Both the position numbers and the translations under genes were made by a program. Below the pieces are notes generated by a model. That model had not been told where the DNA came from. It ran no database searches and worked only from the letters and a program-made list of their open reading frames with translations. A stretch of 63,941 nucleotides of DNA, counting the filler, from Rhabdomonas costata (taxonomy: Eukaryota), in NCBI GenBank assembly GCA_019059605.1. It is 32 parts of 32 records of this genome, joined end to end, with 100 filler letters (N's around TTAATTAATTAA, not from the genome) between each part and the next. Parts side by side here need not be neighbours in the genome. Positions count along the whole stretch, not along the records: positions 12,012 to 13,909 come from JAHMHO010007588.1; positions 14,010 to 15,909 come from JAHMHO010007589.1; positions 16,010 to 17,910 come from JAHMHO010007590.1; positions 18,011 to 19,911 come from JAHMHO010007591.1; positions 20,012 to 21,912 come from JAHMHO010007592.1; positions 22,013 to 23,912 come from JAHMHO010007593.1; positions 24,013 to 25,915 come from JAHMHO010007594.1; 25 more parts are not named here. One strand, written 5' to 3'. Of the stretch, positions 12,725 through 25,300 are shown piece by piece (the stretch's first letter is position 1; the number at the start of each line of letters is the position of its first letter).

Positions 12725-13524
12725 CTGAAGACCAGCTAGCTTGGCAGGAGAGCATCCGCACAGCGTGGAGGTGACCTTGAGGCCGGGCTTCTCTCCAGAC
12801 ACGGGCTCCACATCGGCTCCCAGGCTGGAGCGCAATGCTTGGGCCACCTCGGGAGGGCTCTTAAGGTCACCCAGAATAACAGTCCTACATAGTAGTAGCA
12901 GTTTGAAGGCGGAGGCAGTTTGAAGGCGCACGTGAAACACGCGTTGTTCGTGTGGTGCAAGAGTCTGCTCCCACGTAACGAAAGTAGTGTCGGCTTCCAT
13001 TTTTTCGTGCTGCTTCCATTTGTGGCATTTGTAGCGGCTACACAGAAAGCCGTACGGCCAGTCATCCACAAGGGCAAACCTACGCCCACCGATGCGCCAG
13101 CAGAGGAAAAGGAGAGAGGAAACATTGACCAGGGGGAAAGCATAGCGGGATCATCTCTCACATCACGCACGACGAACTGCTGACGAGAGAGGGCCAGGGC
13201 GGTGTCTTTTAAGGGCAACACGTTTGCCCAAGAAAATTCTGAGCCCAACGGATGTTGGTCAACCCCAATCCCGCGCACTGCAAAAAAGCATGCCCTCCGC
13301 AGAACGTGCACGTTGGGGCGGAGGCCTTCAGCTCTTCCGCCGCAGGCTTGGCAAGGGCCAGGGGCAGGGGCTTCGGCGCAGGCCGAAGCGCGGGCGACAG
13401 GGTCGGTTCTTCTTCCGCCACGGCCGCGGAGGCCACACCAGGGGGTGCGCCAATAAGATTCTGCCGGTTTGGACGCAACCACCCTCAACCCCACATAACC
13501 ATCACTGTCCCACCACAAAGGCAC
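12725..13524 (-). CDS. Unknown protein, partial exons
   Basis: Two overlapping GC-rich ORFs, the distal one ending at a CAG|GTGTG donor near 12725. No family recognised. Confidence 0.35.
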
Positions 13525-14739
13525 GTATGCTTCTGTACGAAATCAGTCTCCACCTACGAGAACGCTAGAAGGCACTGCCCCGCACCATGAAATCAGGTGG
13601 GATGGAGAGAGGAAGGCATGATTGCCAGCAATGCAGTGTGCTGAAACCAGCCCACTGGCAAATGGCCCACAGGCAAATGTATCGAACCTAATCTGCAAAA
13701 GAAAAAAAAGCGTAAACCCCATCAGGCTGACAATCTAAAACACGAAGCAAAAAAACGAAATGAACTCAACACAACCAAACATCCACCCAATCATGAAGCA
13801 GTGATCACGATGATCTGGGAAGGCGGATGTGGACCATCCACACCTGCACTCATCGCGAACCCCCCCCCCCCAACCAATCAATAAGAGGCACACACAAACA
13901 CCAAAAACCNNNNNNNNNNNNNNNNNNNNNNNNNNNNNNNNNNNNNNNNNNNNTTAATTAATTAANNNNNNNNNNNNNNNNNNNNNNNNNNNNNNNNNNN
14001 NNNNNNNNNTGATTCCGCAGTGGTCTGACGTTTACTATCGGGCTTGACCTGAATACGAGCTTGCTTCAGGATGCTTCACGGATAAAATCAAGCCGTTGTA
14101 TCAATGCAACGATTGTATCGTAGCTTCGATCGATTAATGTGGGTGCCTGCCGAAATGCAACCGCAAGACTTTCGGGTATAGACGAACCATGGGTGATGGA
14201 ATTTTTTGAAGCACAGAAGTTCGTATTTTATGACCTCGTCGAAAGGGATTGCAATGGGACAGCCGGCTTTTTCTCTGCTTCGTGGTAAGCTTGTGCATTA
14301 GTGTATTTGTCCTTAGTTTTCACCTGTGCCACTAGTTATGATCATATATCATATGATAGAACATTTCGTCCCGGAAGTGGCTTATCACTTTTTACAGGTG
14401 TGATTCCCTTCTCGGGACGTGTGATATATCACATCATTTTCCTCGATTTCCCTCGATTGACCGGAATTTCCTCAATTCTGATGTTCTCCAGCTGAACATT
14501 TGCCCAGCTCTTGTCTTTTCTGTTTTATAATAAGCTTTGGTCAGGTTCATGGCTGGAAAACCTCTTCGGATAATCTTTCTTCAGCCGCCTCAGCGAGATG
14601 GATCTAGTTTGATGTATGTTTGCTCTTCTGGCAAAAGCTTTCCACGTTTTCAATTGTGTGTGCTCAATTCCGCTGCGCTGTACTCGCTACGGATTGTGCG
14701 TTGCCAAAGCGCACATTTTATTCACTGTTGCTGACGTTA

Positions 14740-15604
14740 ATACCGTGTGTCCGAAAATTGCCTGCCTCTTGTTCTAAGTGATGCCGAGGGAAAGCTCCGG
14801 CTGGAGGACAACCTTGCTATCGGCCCCGAAGGCCTCTCCAAGACCTGTACGATCCAGTTTAGTAGCATCAAAAGGGGGCATATCCTCGGGCAAGGCCGCC
14901 AGGGAAAGGGTGTGTGCCCCTGATCGGTCAACTGTTCCGATTGCTTCTGAAAAAGGCGGAGCTCCGTTTGACTCCGTGCGTTGTTCCCCACAGTTCGAAA
15001 AGCTCAGATTCCCTCCGGGGAGACTTTAGCTCTCAAAGAGCTTCAAGTCTGGGCTGAGGTTGCTATGTGCCTGCACTCATGGGGGACTGCGCTTTTGCAC
15101 TTTTATCAATGTCCTTATCCATGCCCTTTTGTGCGTACAGATATTTCATGATGCGCAACTCGTTGCACGTCTCCTTGCTTCGTTTCTTGGAAAGCGTGCC
15201 TTTTTGTGCCCAGCCTGGAACACTGGCCGCCACAAAGAAGGTGCTGAGGCAGGAAGTCTCTTCTGTCCTCTCTCCCATTGACCACCCCAACGTCATCAAA
15301 TCTCTCAATGTATGGCGCCTTCGTATTCGCATTTTTCCAGCCTCGGTTCGTTTTTTATTTCCAGCACCATTCTGCCTTTTCTTTTTTGTCTTGCCAGGCT
15401 TACTTTGTGGAGTCGTGTCTATTCGTTCTAATGGAGTACATGAACTGTGGTACTCTGGACTCTCTGCTGTCGAACGTCAGTATGTCGGGGATAGGAGGCA
15501 GTGGCATTTGGCGGAAGTTTTTGCAGCACATTTTGTTTTCGTTTTATGATCTTGTTATCGCAGAGTATGTTCCAGAGCTGCATCTTGCGGGCATCATCAG
15601 TCAG
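14740..15604 (+). CDS. MAP kinase kinase (STE7/MEK-like), N-terminal kinase exons
   Basis: GT-AG exons ..-14909, 14994-15046, 15214-15309, 15398-15479 and 15564-15604 give LGQGRQGKVRKA...LALKEL...LRQEV...DHPNVIKSLNAYF...VLMEYMNCGTLD...VPELHLAGIISQ. Confidence 0.85.
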
Positions 15605-18371
15605 GTAAGTGGCAGATCGTAATCCGTGTACCTCTTCGCGCGTTGGGGTGCAATGGAGGTTGAGGTGGGGTTATAAACGCGTACAGTTTTTGTGGGAGAA
15701 TATTTTAAAAGCGTCGTTAAAGGCCCCCCAGGTCATGTTCCGCCCCAGCCACCCGCTCTGGCCGCGTCGCAGACTAGCCTTCGCCCCCTAAACAAATACT
15801 GTCGTACTCGTCTGCTCATATCCCAGCCATTGGCAAGTCCTTAGCAGTTGATTTCAGCTGCAAAACAAAAGTGATCATCTGGGGGCACTGGCAAAGTTTA
15901 CCCAACCCCNNNNNNNNNNNNNNNNNNNNNNNNNNNNNNNNNNNNNNNNNNNNTTAATTAATTAANNNNNNNNNNNNNNNNNNNNNNNNNNNNNNNNNNN
16001 NNNNNNNNNGGTGTGTGGGTACCGGCGACGAATTGTGCTTTTGTCTCACCGGAAGGACTAGTCGAGATCTGGAATGCGGAAGGAGGGGGGAGGGGGCGAG
16101 ACGCTTCTTTGCCCCCCGCCTCCGTTTGCCGTTTGCCACCGCAAGTGGGGCGACACAGTGAACCAGCAGGAAATAGACCCCGTGGTGTGGTGTGACGTGC
16201 GCGGAACCGGAAGGGGGGGACCGGGTTCGGTGAAATATACTTACAAACACTTTGTGAGCTCCCAGGGCTTCGAAAGACCCTGGCAATGTGTCAACCTCAC
16301 AATAGCCACGCCCATTTCCACAATAGCACAAAAACAACGCCCATTTTCGGCGGAAATATTTCCGCCGTATTTTGGTGAGCAAAACTCTATTCAGACACCT
16401 GAAACCTCAGCCACTCTGAGTGAGTACAATTTTTTACAAGGAAAAGTGCGGGTGGATTCAAGGGGAGTGAGCCAGTGTCTGATGTTTGGCCCAGGAGATG
16501 CAGGGTCACGGGGCACATGCAAGGGCACGGGTCGTCTGCTTTCGGGGCCCTTGATTTGTCTTACCAGCCTCTGCGCGTGCCCGTGAGGCCAGATTTCTGG
16601 CCTCGATTTCTCTTTTTGCCACGGCCGCGATTCCGCTCAGAAAAGCAAAGAATATAATTATAAGGGGGGTGGGGGAGGAGGTTGGACCATCACAGGTTGT
16701 GGCAGTTTTCTTTCTGAAAACACTTAAAAAGAGCAAAAAAAAAAAAAAAAGGGAAGGCACAAAAAATGACACACTTTCCCCAAAAACGCGGATTTGGGGG
16801 TAATTGGTCAGTTTCTCTGAGTGAGTCCCCAAGGTGTAGCACTGGATGGGGGATAGCCCCCCGCCCTGCCCAGTCCCATCAGGAGATTTCTTTCTCGCCG
16901 AACCCAATGCAACACAGTAACACCCCCAATTCGACCCACTGTTCTGGTGACGAAGCGCACACAGAACCTGCTGCTGGGCCTGGGCCTTCAGTCGGGGCAC
17001 CTCCGAGGTCTCCACTTCGCGCAGCACCGCGAGCTCCACCTCGGCCTCGCGACGAGCCCCCTCGGACTCCTTTGTTTTGGAGATTCTTTATTTTGCTTGC
17101 AGTACAAATAGTTTTGCATATGGCACAACAGGAAAGACCGCTCCGAAAATGCGGCCCCTGCGCTCGTCTTTCCGTTTTGGTGGCATGGGCACCCCCACCC
17201 CCCAAATGGTCCGCAAACTCCACTCAGTGCTCAACATAACGAAAGTTGCAGGGGGTGAGGTGTGAGAAGGCGCCCCACGCCTTGCCCACATGCGCACTGC
17301 CCGGAAACGCACGCTGCCATCCTATCGTTCGGAAGTGTCCAACGTCCAGGGGTGAGTGGAGGTTCATGAGCTGTGCCTGAGTCGTTCTGGTTATTCTCGG
17401 AACCGTTATTTGATAGCAACGACAAGGAAAAGGACAATTTAGGGTAGGGGGCTGGCGGGTTCTCCGGAAAAATTTCCTGAGGCGAGCGGAGAGGTCCTGC
17501 TGGACTCGGAAGGAGGAAGGCTGGCAGCCAAAGGTACGTTAGGGCAGGAGCCGACCGAGCCGACAACCACAGCTACAGTGAAGAGGACCACCCCACATGA
17601 CTCAGACCTCCTGAATACCCTCTCCGAGTTCAGTTCTGGGAAAGACAATTCTTGTGTGTGTGTGTGTGTGTGTGGACCGGGGACAGAAGCCGATCGCATG
17701 TGACCCTTTGTTACCCTGCTGTCATGCGCAGGTTGTTTTACTGAAGATGCTCCCTCATTTTCTCGCCTCGATTGCGCGCTTAAGTGAGACACTTTCTTTG
17801 GTGGTTCTCGCTGCACACTCACTGCGAAATGCATTTCTGTGAGTCGTAGAGCAAACTCCCCCCCCCCCCCCGATTCTCTCATTTGCATATCCTGAGCTGA
17901 ACACCACAACNNNNNNNNNNNNNNNNNNNNNNNNNNNNNNNNNNNNNNNNNNNNTTAATTAATTAANNNNNNNNNNNNNNNNNNNNNNNNNNNNNNNNNN
18001 NNNNNNNNNNTTGTGTTGGGCGAATTCTTCACCCAGAAATCGACTCTTTTTTTTTGGCTCCACTGCACAGTGCACGGGGATTTGTTTGTGTAAGGATGTT
18101 CAGCGTTAGGTATTTATGCAGAAAACGTTTTTGAGGTCGTCCCGCGGATACCACACAAGGAGGAGGAGGAGGAGGAGGAGGGGCGTGTTGTTATATAAAT
18201 AAGAGAAGCCAAGAGGCAAATAGGCGAGGGTGAAAGGAGAGGTCTGCTGCATGTACCCCAGGTCCCAGGCCTGCTTCGGTATTGCCCTCCGGATGTTTTA
18301 TGTTTTGAACGAAAAATCTTGGAAACCGTTGCTGGCACAAGTGAGGAGGACAGGAAGGGGTGTGGCTTTAG

Positions 18372-18608
18372 GTATGGCATGTCGCTGGGTCCATGCCTGC
18401 TGGGGGCTCACGGAGCGGCCACAGCATCGCCATGCTTTCCTCTGGTGAGGGGCTGGTCCACGGGGGGTGCCCCAGCAACTCTCGGGACAAGCTGCGGGAG
18501 GCCCGGAGGTTCTCTTTGGGCCCCCCCTCGCTGAAGTTCCTCGTTGCGTGTTGGATGAACGGAACTCACAAGGCGCAGCACAACCCATCCCCGCCTGGAG
18601 GTGAGTAA
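18372..18608 (+). CDS. Kelch-repeat protein 3' exon with BC-box-like tail (KLHDC-like)
   Basis: WHVAGSMPAGGSRSGHSIAMLSSGEGLVHGG fits a kelch repeat. PPSLKFLVACWM resembles the PSLxxLC BC-box of KLHDC proteins. Confidence 0.5.
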   Translation, partial: VWHVAGSMPAGGSRSGHSIAMLSSGEGLVHGGCPSNSRDKLREARRFSLGPPSLKFLVACWMNGTHKAQHNPSPPGGE

Positions 18609-20331
18609 AGCTTCCGGTGGGCTGTACAATGCTGAGTGCAGTTGTTTTCTTTTCCCTTTTCGGGACAGCTTTATTTTTCTTGGGATGTGCTTTGCACCCG
18701 GCTCCTGTGGCCAAGAAGGAAAACGAAAGCTGCAGAGTCTCGCCCCTGGGTTTCGAGAAGGGTTTTACAAAGTGGTGGGGGAAGGGCGATTTTTGGGAGC
18801 AGCCCAGTGGTCGGGCCTCGTGCCCTCACTTTCTCCCGTTCTACTACCTGCTTTTCCTGTGGGGCACCATTGCAATGAGACAGGTTGCGCAGGATGTAGG
18901 TTGTCTGTATGTAAGTATTGGGTGTGTAGGTTTGCAAACCCTGGAAGCTGATTACAAGCGTGCAGATACACATCTGCTAGGTTGGCTGGGTTAAGGGGAA
19001 CTCATCCTCCACCTGATTTTGCTCTGAGGCTTTTGCTGACACCAGAGACAGAGAGAGAAGTAACTGACATGTGCAACAGCGTCTGCAGTGTGTGGTCACG
19101 CATTGCCCCCCTGATCTCTGTTGCGGTGAACTGGCTGGTGCATGTCTTTCTGGGAGTCGCGGTGAGATTTCGTTCGTGTCGGCAAGTCGAATGGTATCCT
19201 CGATATTCTTCCGTCCTTGTTTGCCCTTCACTGCCTTCCCTGCCATCGCTCATTGTCGGATGATAATGATCGAGCGTCAGCATTCTCACGAGGGCTGGTG
19301 CACCTTGACACGGTGCTTTTATTCTTCAACTGCGGGAGTCACTGAACTTGGATGGAACTTTGATGGGCATCATGCATCAAACAGTGCCAGCGCAGAAGTG
19401 TGCACGGGTGACCAGCGGTGTGGCGGAGATCTCGGTGCCATGTTGGTAAATTGCTTTCTTTTCTCTTCGACTGCTGAGGATTTGAACTTTTTCACCCCCC
19501 CCCCCTCTTTTTTTTGCCATTTCATATGTATGGGATGTACCAGCAGCCGTTCCGTTAGGGTCCACCCAAAACCCCCAGGTCCCCGGGCCGATCCCAAGCC
19601 CAAGGCTGTTCCGGTCCTTGTGTGTGCGCGTGTGTTTGAATGGGTTCATGTTGGCACGGGCACGATTCCGGAAGTGCGAATAAATGAGCTAACCAATTCT
19701 TCTGGAATTCTTCTGGATTCTTCTGGATTGGGAAGGTATAGGCAAAAGGGAAGGCAAAAAGCACATATGTCACGAATGTTCCGAAGTTTATCGTAGGACG
19801 GAGTGCTAAGTTTACCAATTCCGTCCCCCCTCCCCTCTTAAAAAACGAGTTTCTTTGCAAGAAGAGGCACAAAAGGGTTACTAAAGAGCCGCCAAGGGGC
19901 ACCACCACAACNNNNNNNNNNNNNNNNNNNNNNNNNNNNNNNNNNNNNNNNNNNNTTAATTAATTAANNNNNNNNNNNNNNNNNNNNNNNNNNNNNNNNN
20001 NNNNNNNNNNNTTGTGTGTTGTGTTGTGTTGTGTTATTTGTGCTTTGCCTGATTTGTGATGTTTGTTCTTCCTGGAGATCTGCACTTCATCTCATTGGTG
20101 ATTCTGTTGATTCAGTCTGTAGTGAAAGGGTTCTTTTTTCTTTGTTGTCCTTTTGTTTGCTTCCCGCCCCCTCTACAGCACTCCTCCGGTTCCTGCGGCC
20201 ACCTCAGGGTTCGCCTTCTGCCTTACCCCTTGCCTGCCTCATTTATGTCGTTCTTTTCGCATTGCCCGGTCAAGCTGACCCACAAGTAGGCGGACAGAGA
20301 GAGAAGGTAAACACACCACCGTTTTACGCAG

Positions 20332-21183
20332 GGGCGTCGGAGCTTGTGCTGGAGGACTGCGACCGGGTGCTGGATGCCTCTGGGGAGGCCGTGCCGCTGA
20401 CCCCGGAGCGCCGGGCCCAGATCCAGGCCGTGATTCTGGCGATGGCGAACCAGGGCAACCGCACCCTCGCGATGGCCTTCACAGAGGACCCCACGATGAC
20501 GGAGTTCCCCGCGGAGGAGCCAGCGTGCAAGACGCTGGTCTTCATGGCGGTGCTGGGGATCCAAGACCCAATCCGGTATGTATCCGGGTCTCTCTGTCTC
20601 CCTCACGCTATCGGTGCCACAGAACTGAGCGGTGTCGCACAGTGAGGCTTGGCTTATCTGCTGTGTGCTGTGTGAGGGATAATTGTTTTGTGGTTGGATA
20701 CCTCTCTTTCCATCTTCTGGGCATTTACGACATATTGATCACGATAAATTGCGGTATGTTCAGTTCACTTGAGGATTTTGAAGGTACCCCACTTTGAAGG
20801 TACTGTTTCGTGATGGGGTGGAGTTCCTTAGCTGTTATGAATACTGAGGAGCATTGCCAGGGGACATGAGCGTTTTTTCCACTGATGTGCTTCGATTTTG
20901 GGTCAATTGCTGGCAGCCATTCCCGCTGTTGTTGTTACAGGGAGGCCGCAGAGCCATCAACTCATAGAGTTGAGGTGACGTCATCGGTGGCTCGGGCTGG
21001 TTGTAGGTGTTCTCCGTTGCTGGACGTGTTGTGTGGATGCCAAGTAGTGAGGCCTCTCGCTCGCTTCCCCACAGGGAGGAGGTTCCGGGGGCGATTGACG
21101 TCTGCCGCCGCGCCGGGATCGTGGTGCGGATGGTGACGGGCGACAACCTCGCCACGGCCACAGCTATTGCCGGGAAGTGCGGC
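20332..21183 (+). CDS. P-type Ca2+-ATPase (PMCA/P2B-like), internal exons
   Basis: Exon 20332-20575 encodes GASELVL...[13 protein letters not shown]...VLGIQDPIR. Exon 21075-~21183 encodes [36 protein letters not shown]. The intron between them is GT-AG. Confidence 0.93.
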
Positions 21184-22012
21184 GGAGTATTAAGTTTGTA
21201 GTGAGTTTTCCGTGATTTTGAACGGTTTTAATTGATTTTGGCTGCGTTTGCGGTGATTTTAATCGGTTTTGAAAGATTTTCTTTTTGGAATAGTTTCAGG
21301 GTGATTTTGGCTGGTTCGGAATAGATTATCAACGGGGTGGGCCCGTTCCTGTGAGCCGGATTTCCTTTCCGACCCACCCCCCTGCGGCTGTTGTGTGTAG
21401 TCGACTTTTCATACTTTACCGTTGTGGTTGTACCTAAGGTTTTAAAATGTTTGAGGATTTTAAGTATAGTGGAGTATCTGGAGGAAAGGAGAATGGAAAG
21501 GGGGCTGGGGTGGTGGTGGGCTGCACCCTAAATTCGGACCCAGAAACCCAGAAACCCAGAAAATGAGAAAGACCGCCTCTTGAAAGAACACCAAGAGGGA
21601 GCGTACAGGAACTGGAACATCCACACGGCGGGGATGCCCGCACGCACTGGGACACTCCCCGATACTAGGAGCTGCGCTTGGTTGCGCTAGGCCCTGCTCA
21701 GCAAACACTTCGGATCTTCCCCCAATGTGCGTTCAGCCTTCAAAAGAGACAGCGTGATTTATTTAATGATTACAACCGGAGAGAGGAAAAGGGATCCCAG
21801 TTTGCTTTTCCTACAGAGTTCGGTTTGGCGTTGCCTTCTTAGAGCACTGAACGACACATCATCCGCCAGCACCACCTAACAGCGCAAATCCAAAAACACA
21901 AGAATGCAACAANNNNNNNNNNNNNNNNNNNNNNNNNNNNNNNNNNNNNNNNNNNNTTAATTAATTAANNNNNNNNNNNNNNNNNNNNNNNNNNNNNNNN
22001 NNNNNNNNNNNN

Positions 22013-22330
22013 TGAAAACGGGTTTCTCCACTGAGGAACTTGGGTGGCGGAACAGCCGCCTCAGGAACGTCTGGGAGAGTGGCCACCAGCCGCCCGTGGT
22101 CTCCTCCGACCACCGAGGTGAAGCGGACCCCTTGGGCGTGACAGAAGGCCGCGGATTGCTGCACCTTGTGCTGCTGTCGGCGCTCCGCCACCAGGCCGCA
22201 GTCTTGCCTGAAGTCCGTCCGCAGCTGCAAGGGGTGGAGGCCAGAGACTTCCACCCCGTGGTCGAAGGCCGAAATCAGAAAGTCCGCGGGGCGGCGCAGG
22301 GAGACGGAGTCCACCTTCACCTCCCGCTGG
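22013..22330 (-). CDS. Unknown protein exon
   Basis: GC-rich open frame VKVDSVSLRRPADFLISAFDHG... after a CCAG acceptor, running to the contig end. Confidence 0.35.
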
Positions 22331-25300
22331 CAGGTGAATTTCTTTCGGTGAGAAAATCATTGGTGACATCCTTGTGGGAACTGCAACGTAGCCATCTGAG
22401 CAACACTCGCAAAACACGAAGAACTAAGATGAAACCACACTCTCACAGACCCCCGCTGTCTCTGTGCGCAGCGTTCCAACAGTTGTTTGCAACAACAAAA
22501 AAAGAAGGGAGGGGAATTCCGGAAGAAACAGCCTTCTTCCATCCTGCCAACCTAAAGCTCCAGTGTTGTGGCATTTACAACCCAACCATGCGCACACCGA
22601 CCAAGGGGGGTCCACCGTTTAGCTGCAAGGCCAACTGGAGTCTGGTAAAATTGGGACATGTGAAGAGCAGTTAAGGACCCTTGACCGTGACATTCTCAAC
22701 CACAAAGAACCAGAGTGAGTAAATTCTTATTAGCGACCTTTCTAGTTTTTCTTTGTCGTTGCACCCGACCCCCGGCCCTTGACGTTAAGTGGGTGTTCTC
22801 ATTTGTTTTTTCGGGCCAGGCGAGCTTGAAAAAGAGAGAGACTTGTAGGGGGGTGGGGAACCCGCTGAGCACGGTCTCCTATCCGTCCCAATGCAAAGAG
22901 AGAGAGGGGGGGGGCTTCAAACCTTACAGAATGGCTCTCCTTGCCCTTTTAGGGTTGGGGCTCAGAGTGTGGCACCCAGGACAATGTTTTCCTCCTGAAA
23001 ACCCGATGTGAGTTCGACGCGTCTCGTTTAACATTTACCCTCACTGATTTATGTTTTAACCGTAGTTGTGACACTGGTGTGCCCTGGTAAACGGTATGTG
23101 AGAAGGGGGAAACCAGGGATTGTGAGGTCAAAATAGCGTTTGCTATCACGGGAAAACACTACAGCGACGACAAAAGACCGTAGCGTTTGCTATTAACATT
23201 TTGTCAGCAATATCGTCTTTTTGGGTGTCTCTTTGCGGCAAGTTTTTAACGTCAAATTGTTTGCATCCGGACATTTTTGACGAGCATCACAGTTTAGGAC
23301 ATCACACACACACACACATCACACACAACGAACGTGATGAAATTCACGTACTTTTTGGGGTTGGCCTTAAAAACTATTTCCGATGTGCCTTCTAGTTGAT
23401 TCAATCGAGGCTGGGGTGTGGCTTCTTACTGAATGGTCTGCGAATTTTTCATTTCAAGCTGGGAATGCTTCCCAGTGTTGACTTCTTTTTGTTATGGGTT
23501 TTTTGAACTTCAACTTCAACTTTTGAAAGACGATAGCGAACGGTATCACTAGGGAGGGGAAAACGAACAAAGCCCCTCCGCTATGAGAATTGGCTATAAT
23601 AATTTTCACTTGGCTGTGAAGTGAGAGCTAAAACACGACTGCTTTGTTTTTCTTTCATAGCGTGCTTTCTTTCTTCCATCTGTGCTTCCTGACTGTTCAT
23701 TTTGGAGCCTTCACCTTTCGATCCCCCCCCCCCCGAATTAACAGTAACGTGATGCAGCCAATGAGTCTTTCCGACTTTGAATCCGCGAGTTTCCAAAACC
23801 TCTTTCCCGGGTCTTCCTATGGGCAGGCGGTCCCTATGGCCGAACGTACGACATTCTACTCGCAGCCCACTCATGCGTATGGCAGGGCTACGGCAGAGCG
23901 GGACCCTTCGTANNNNNNNNNNNNNNNNNNNNNNNNNNNNNNNNNNNNNNNNNNNNTTAATTAATTAANNNNNNNNNNNNNNNNNNNNNNNNNNNNNNNN
24001 NNNNNNNNNNNNTGCACCGGGCGCAATTGACGTTGGGGGTGGGGGTTACGTTCACCACTGTTAACAGAAAACGTATATGGTTGGCATTTTATGTTTCGTA
24101 GCTGATGCAAGCACCTTGGAAATGACTTTAATTTAGCGAAAGGGGGCGACTTTGACTTATGCCAGTGTTCTCTAGATGAGTATTCTTGGTTTGCACCTCT
24201 GGTGCTGTCTAAGGAAAGCCTATGGGGACAATTGTTTATTTGGGGGGTCGTTAAACGTTTAGCACTGCTGAACGTTTAGCTCAGAAAGCAAGGGCGATAC
24301 ACGGTTCCCAGGAGAAGGCAACTACCTCTAATACAATAATAATTCTTAGCAAAATGGAGTTGGGTGTACCTGCTTTCTTTCACCTAGACACTGTGTGCAC
24401 CGTGTGCAGTGAGAGATGGATCGACAAAGCTCGATTTTAAAATGCCCTATCACACAGTAAAAAAGGGTCAATAATTCAAGATCTTCTTGCTTCTCCGTCA
24501 CCGGAACTCCTCTTACCCTCCCCAAGACGAGGCTTACCCCCAAGTATTTTTTTTGGTGTCGTTATCAACGGTGTGGGGTTCGGGCAGTAGGAGTGAGGGA
24601 AGACATCGCACCATCCCCGTTACCCTGCTGCCTCAACTCCACAGGTTGGATCCTAACGTCACTGGTGGGTCCCTGAGTCGCTGCTCGGTCACTCCACGCT
24701 AGGATGGTTGTGCCACAACCCTCTGTGTGAGTTGGGTACGACTGTGGTGGTTGGGGTCACGACTCCCTCCCACGACTACCGGTGGTTCCGATAGTCAGCC
24801 AGTAGCGGTGGTCTACACGCAAGGAATGGTACTAGGTGTTGTGCACCGTAGCGTTACCCTACGTGAGGGACCAGCACTACCCAACTGTGGGGCTATGACA
24901 GCAGGGCCAATCGAGGGTTACTTCATAGCTCACCTCACGTATCCATGGTCGGCTTCAGTGAATCGGCTAGAGTGACGTTGCATTACGGGTCACCGTATGT
25001 AGGTGGAATGTAGGTATGTAGGTGTTGGTGGCAAAATCCGTATGTTCCCGTATTGCCAGGCGTACCTGAAATAGCTCGTTCAGACCACTGCTTGCTCAAG
25101 ACAGCTCTCAACGGCTTCTGCGGACGGATGGAACCTGAGAGCGGCATCTGATGGGTACACACCTCTGGTGGGGGAATAAAGGCCAAGGAAGGGATCGGCC
25201 GAGGGAGGGAGGTTTCTACACCACTCGAGCTCAAACAGAGAAAACATAGCAATTCTGCAAAGAGGCGACGCTTCCTGACCCCCGGAAGCCAATACACTTT

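Noticed and set aside
16348..16367. Perfect 20-bp palindrome CGGCGGAAATATTTCCGCCG
   Set aside because: Isolated, with no second copy or context to support a function.
24774..24796. GACTA/TAGTC pairing resembling group I intron P7
   Set aside because: The strands are too close to hold P3 and P8; it is a simple hairpin.
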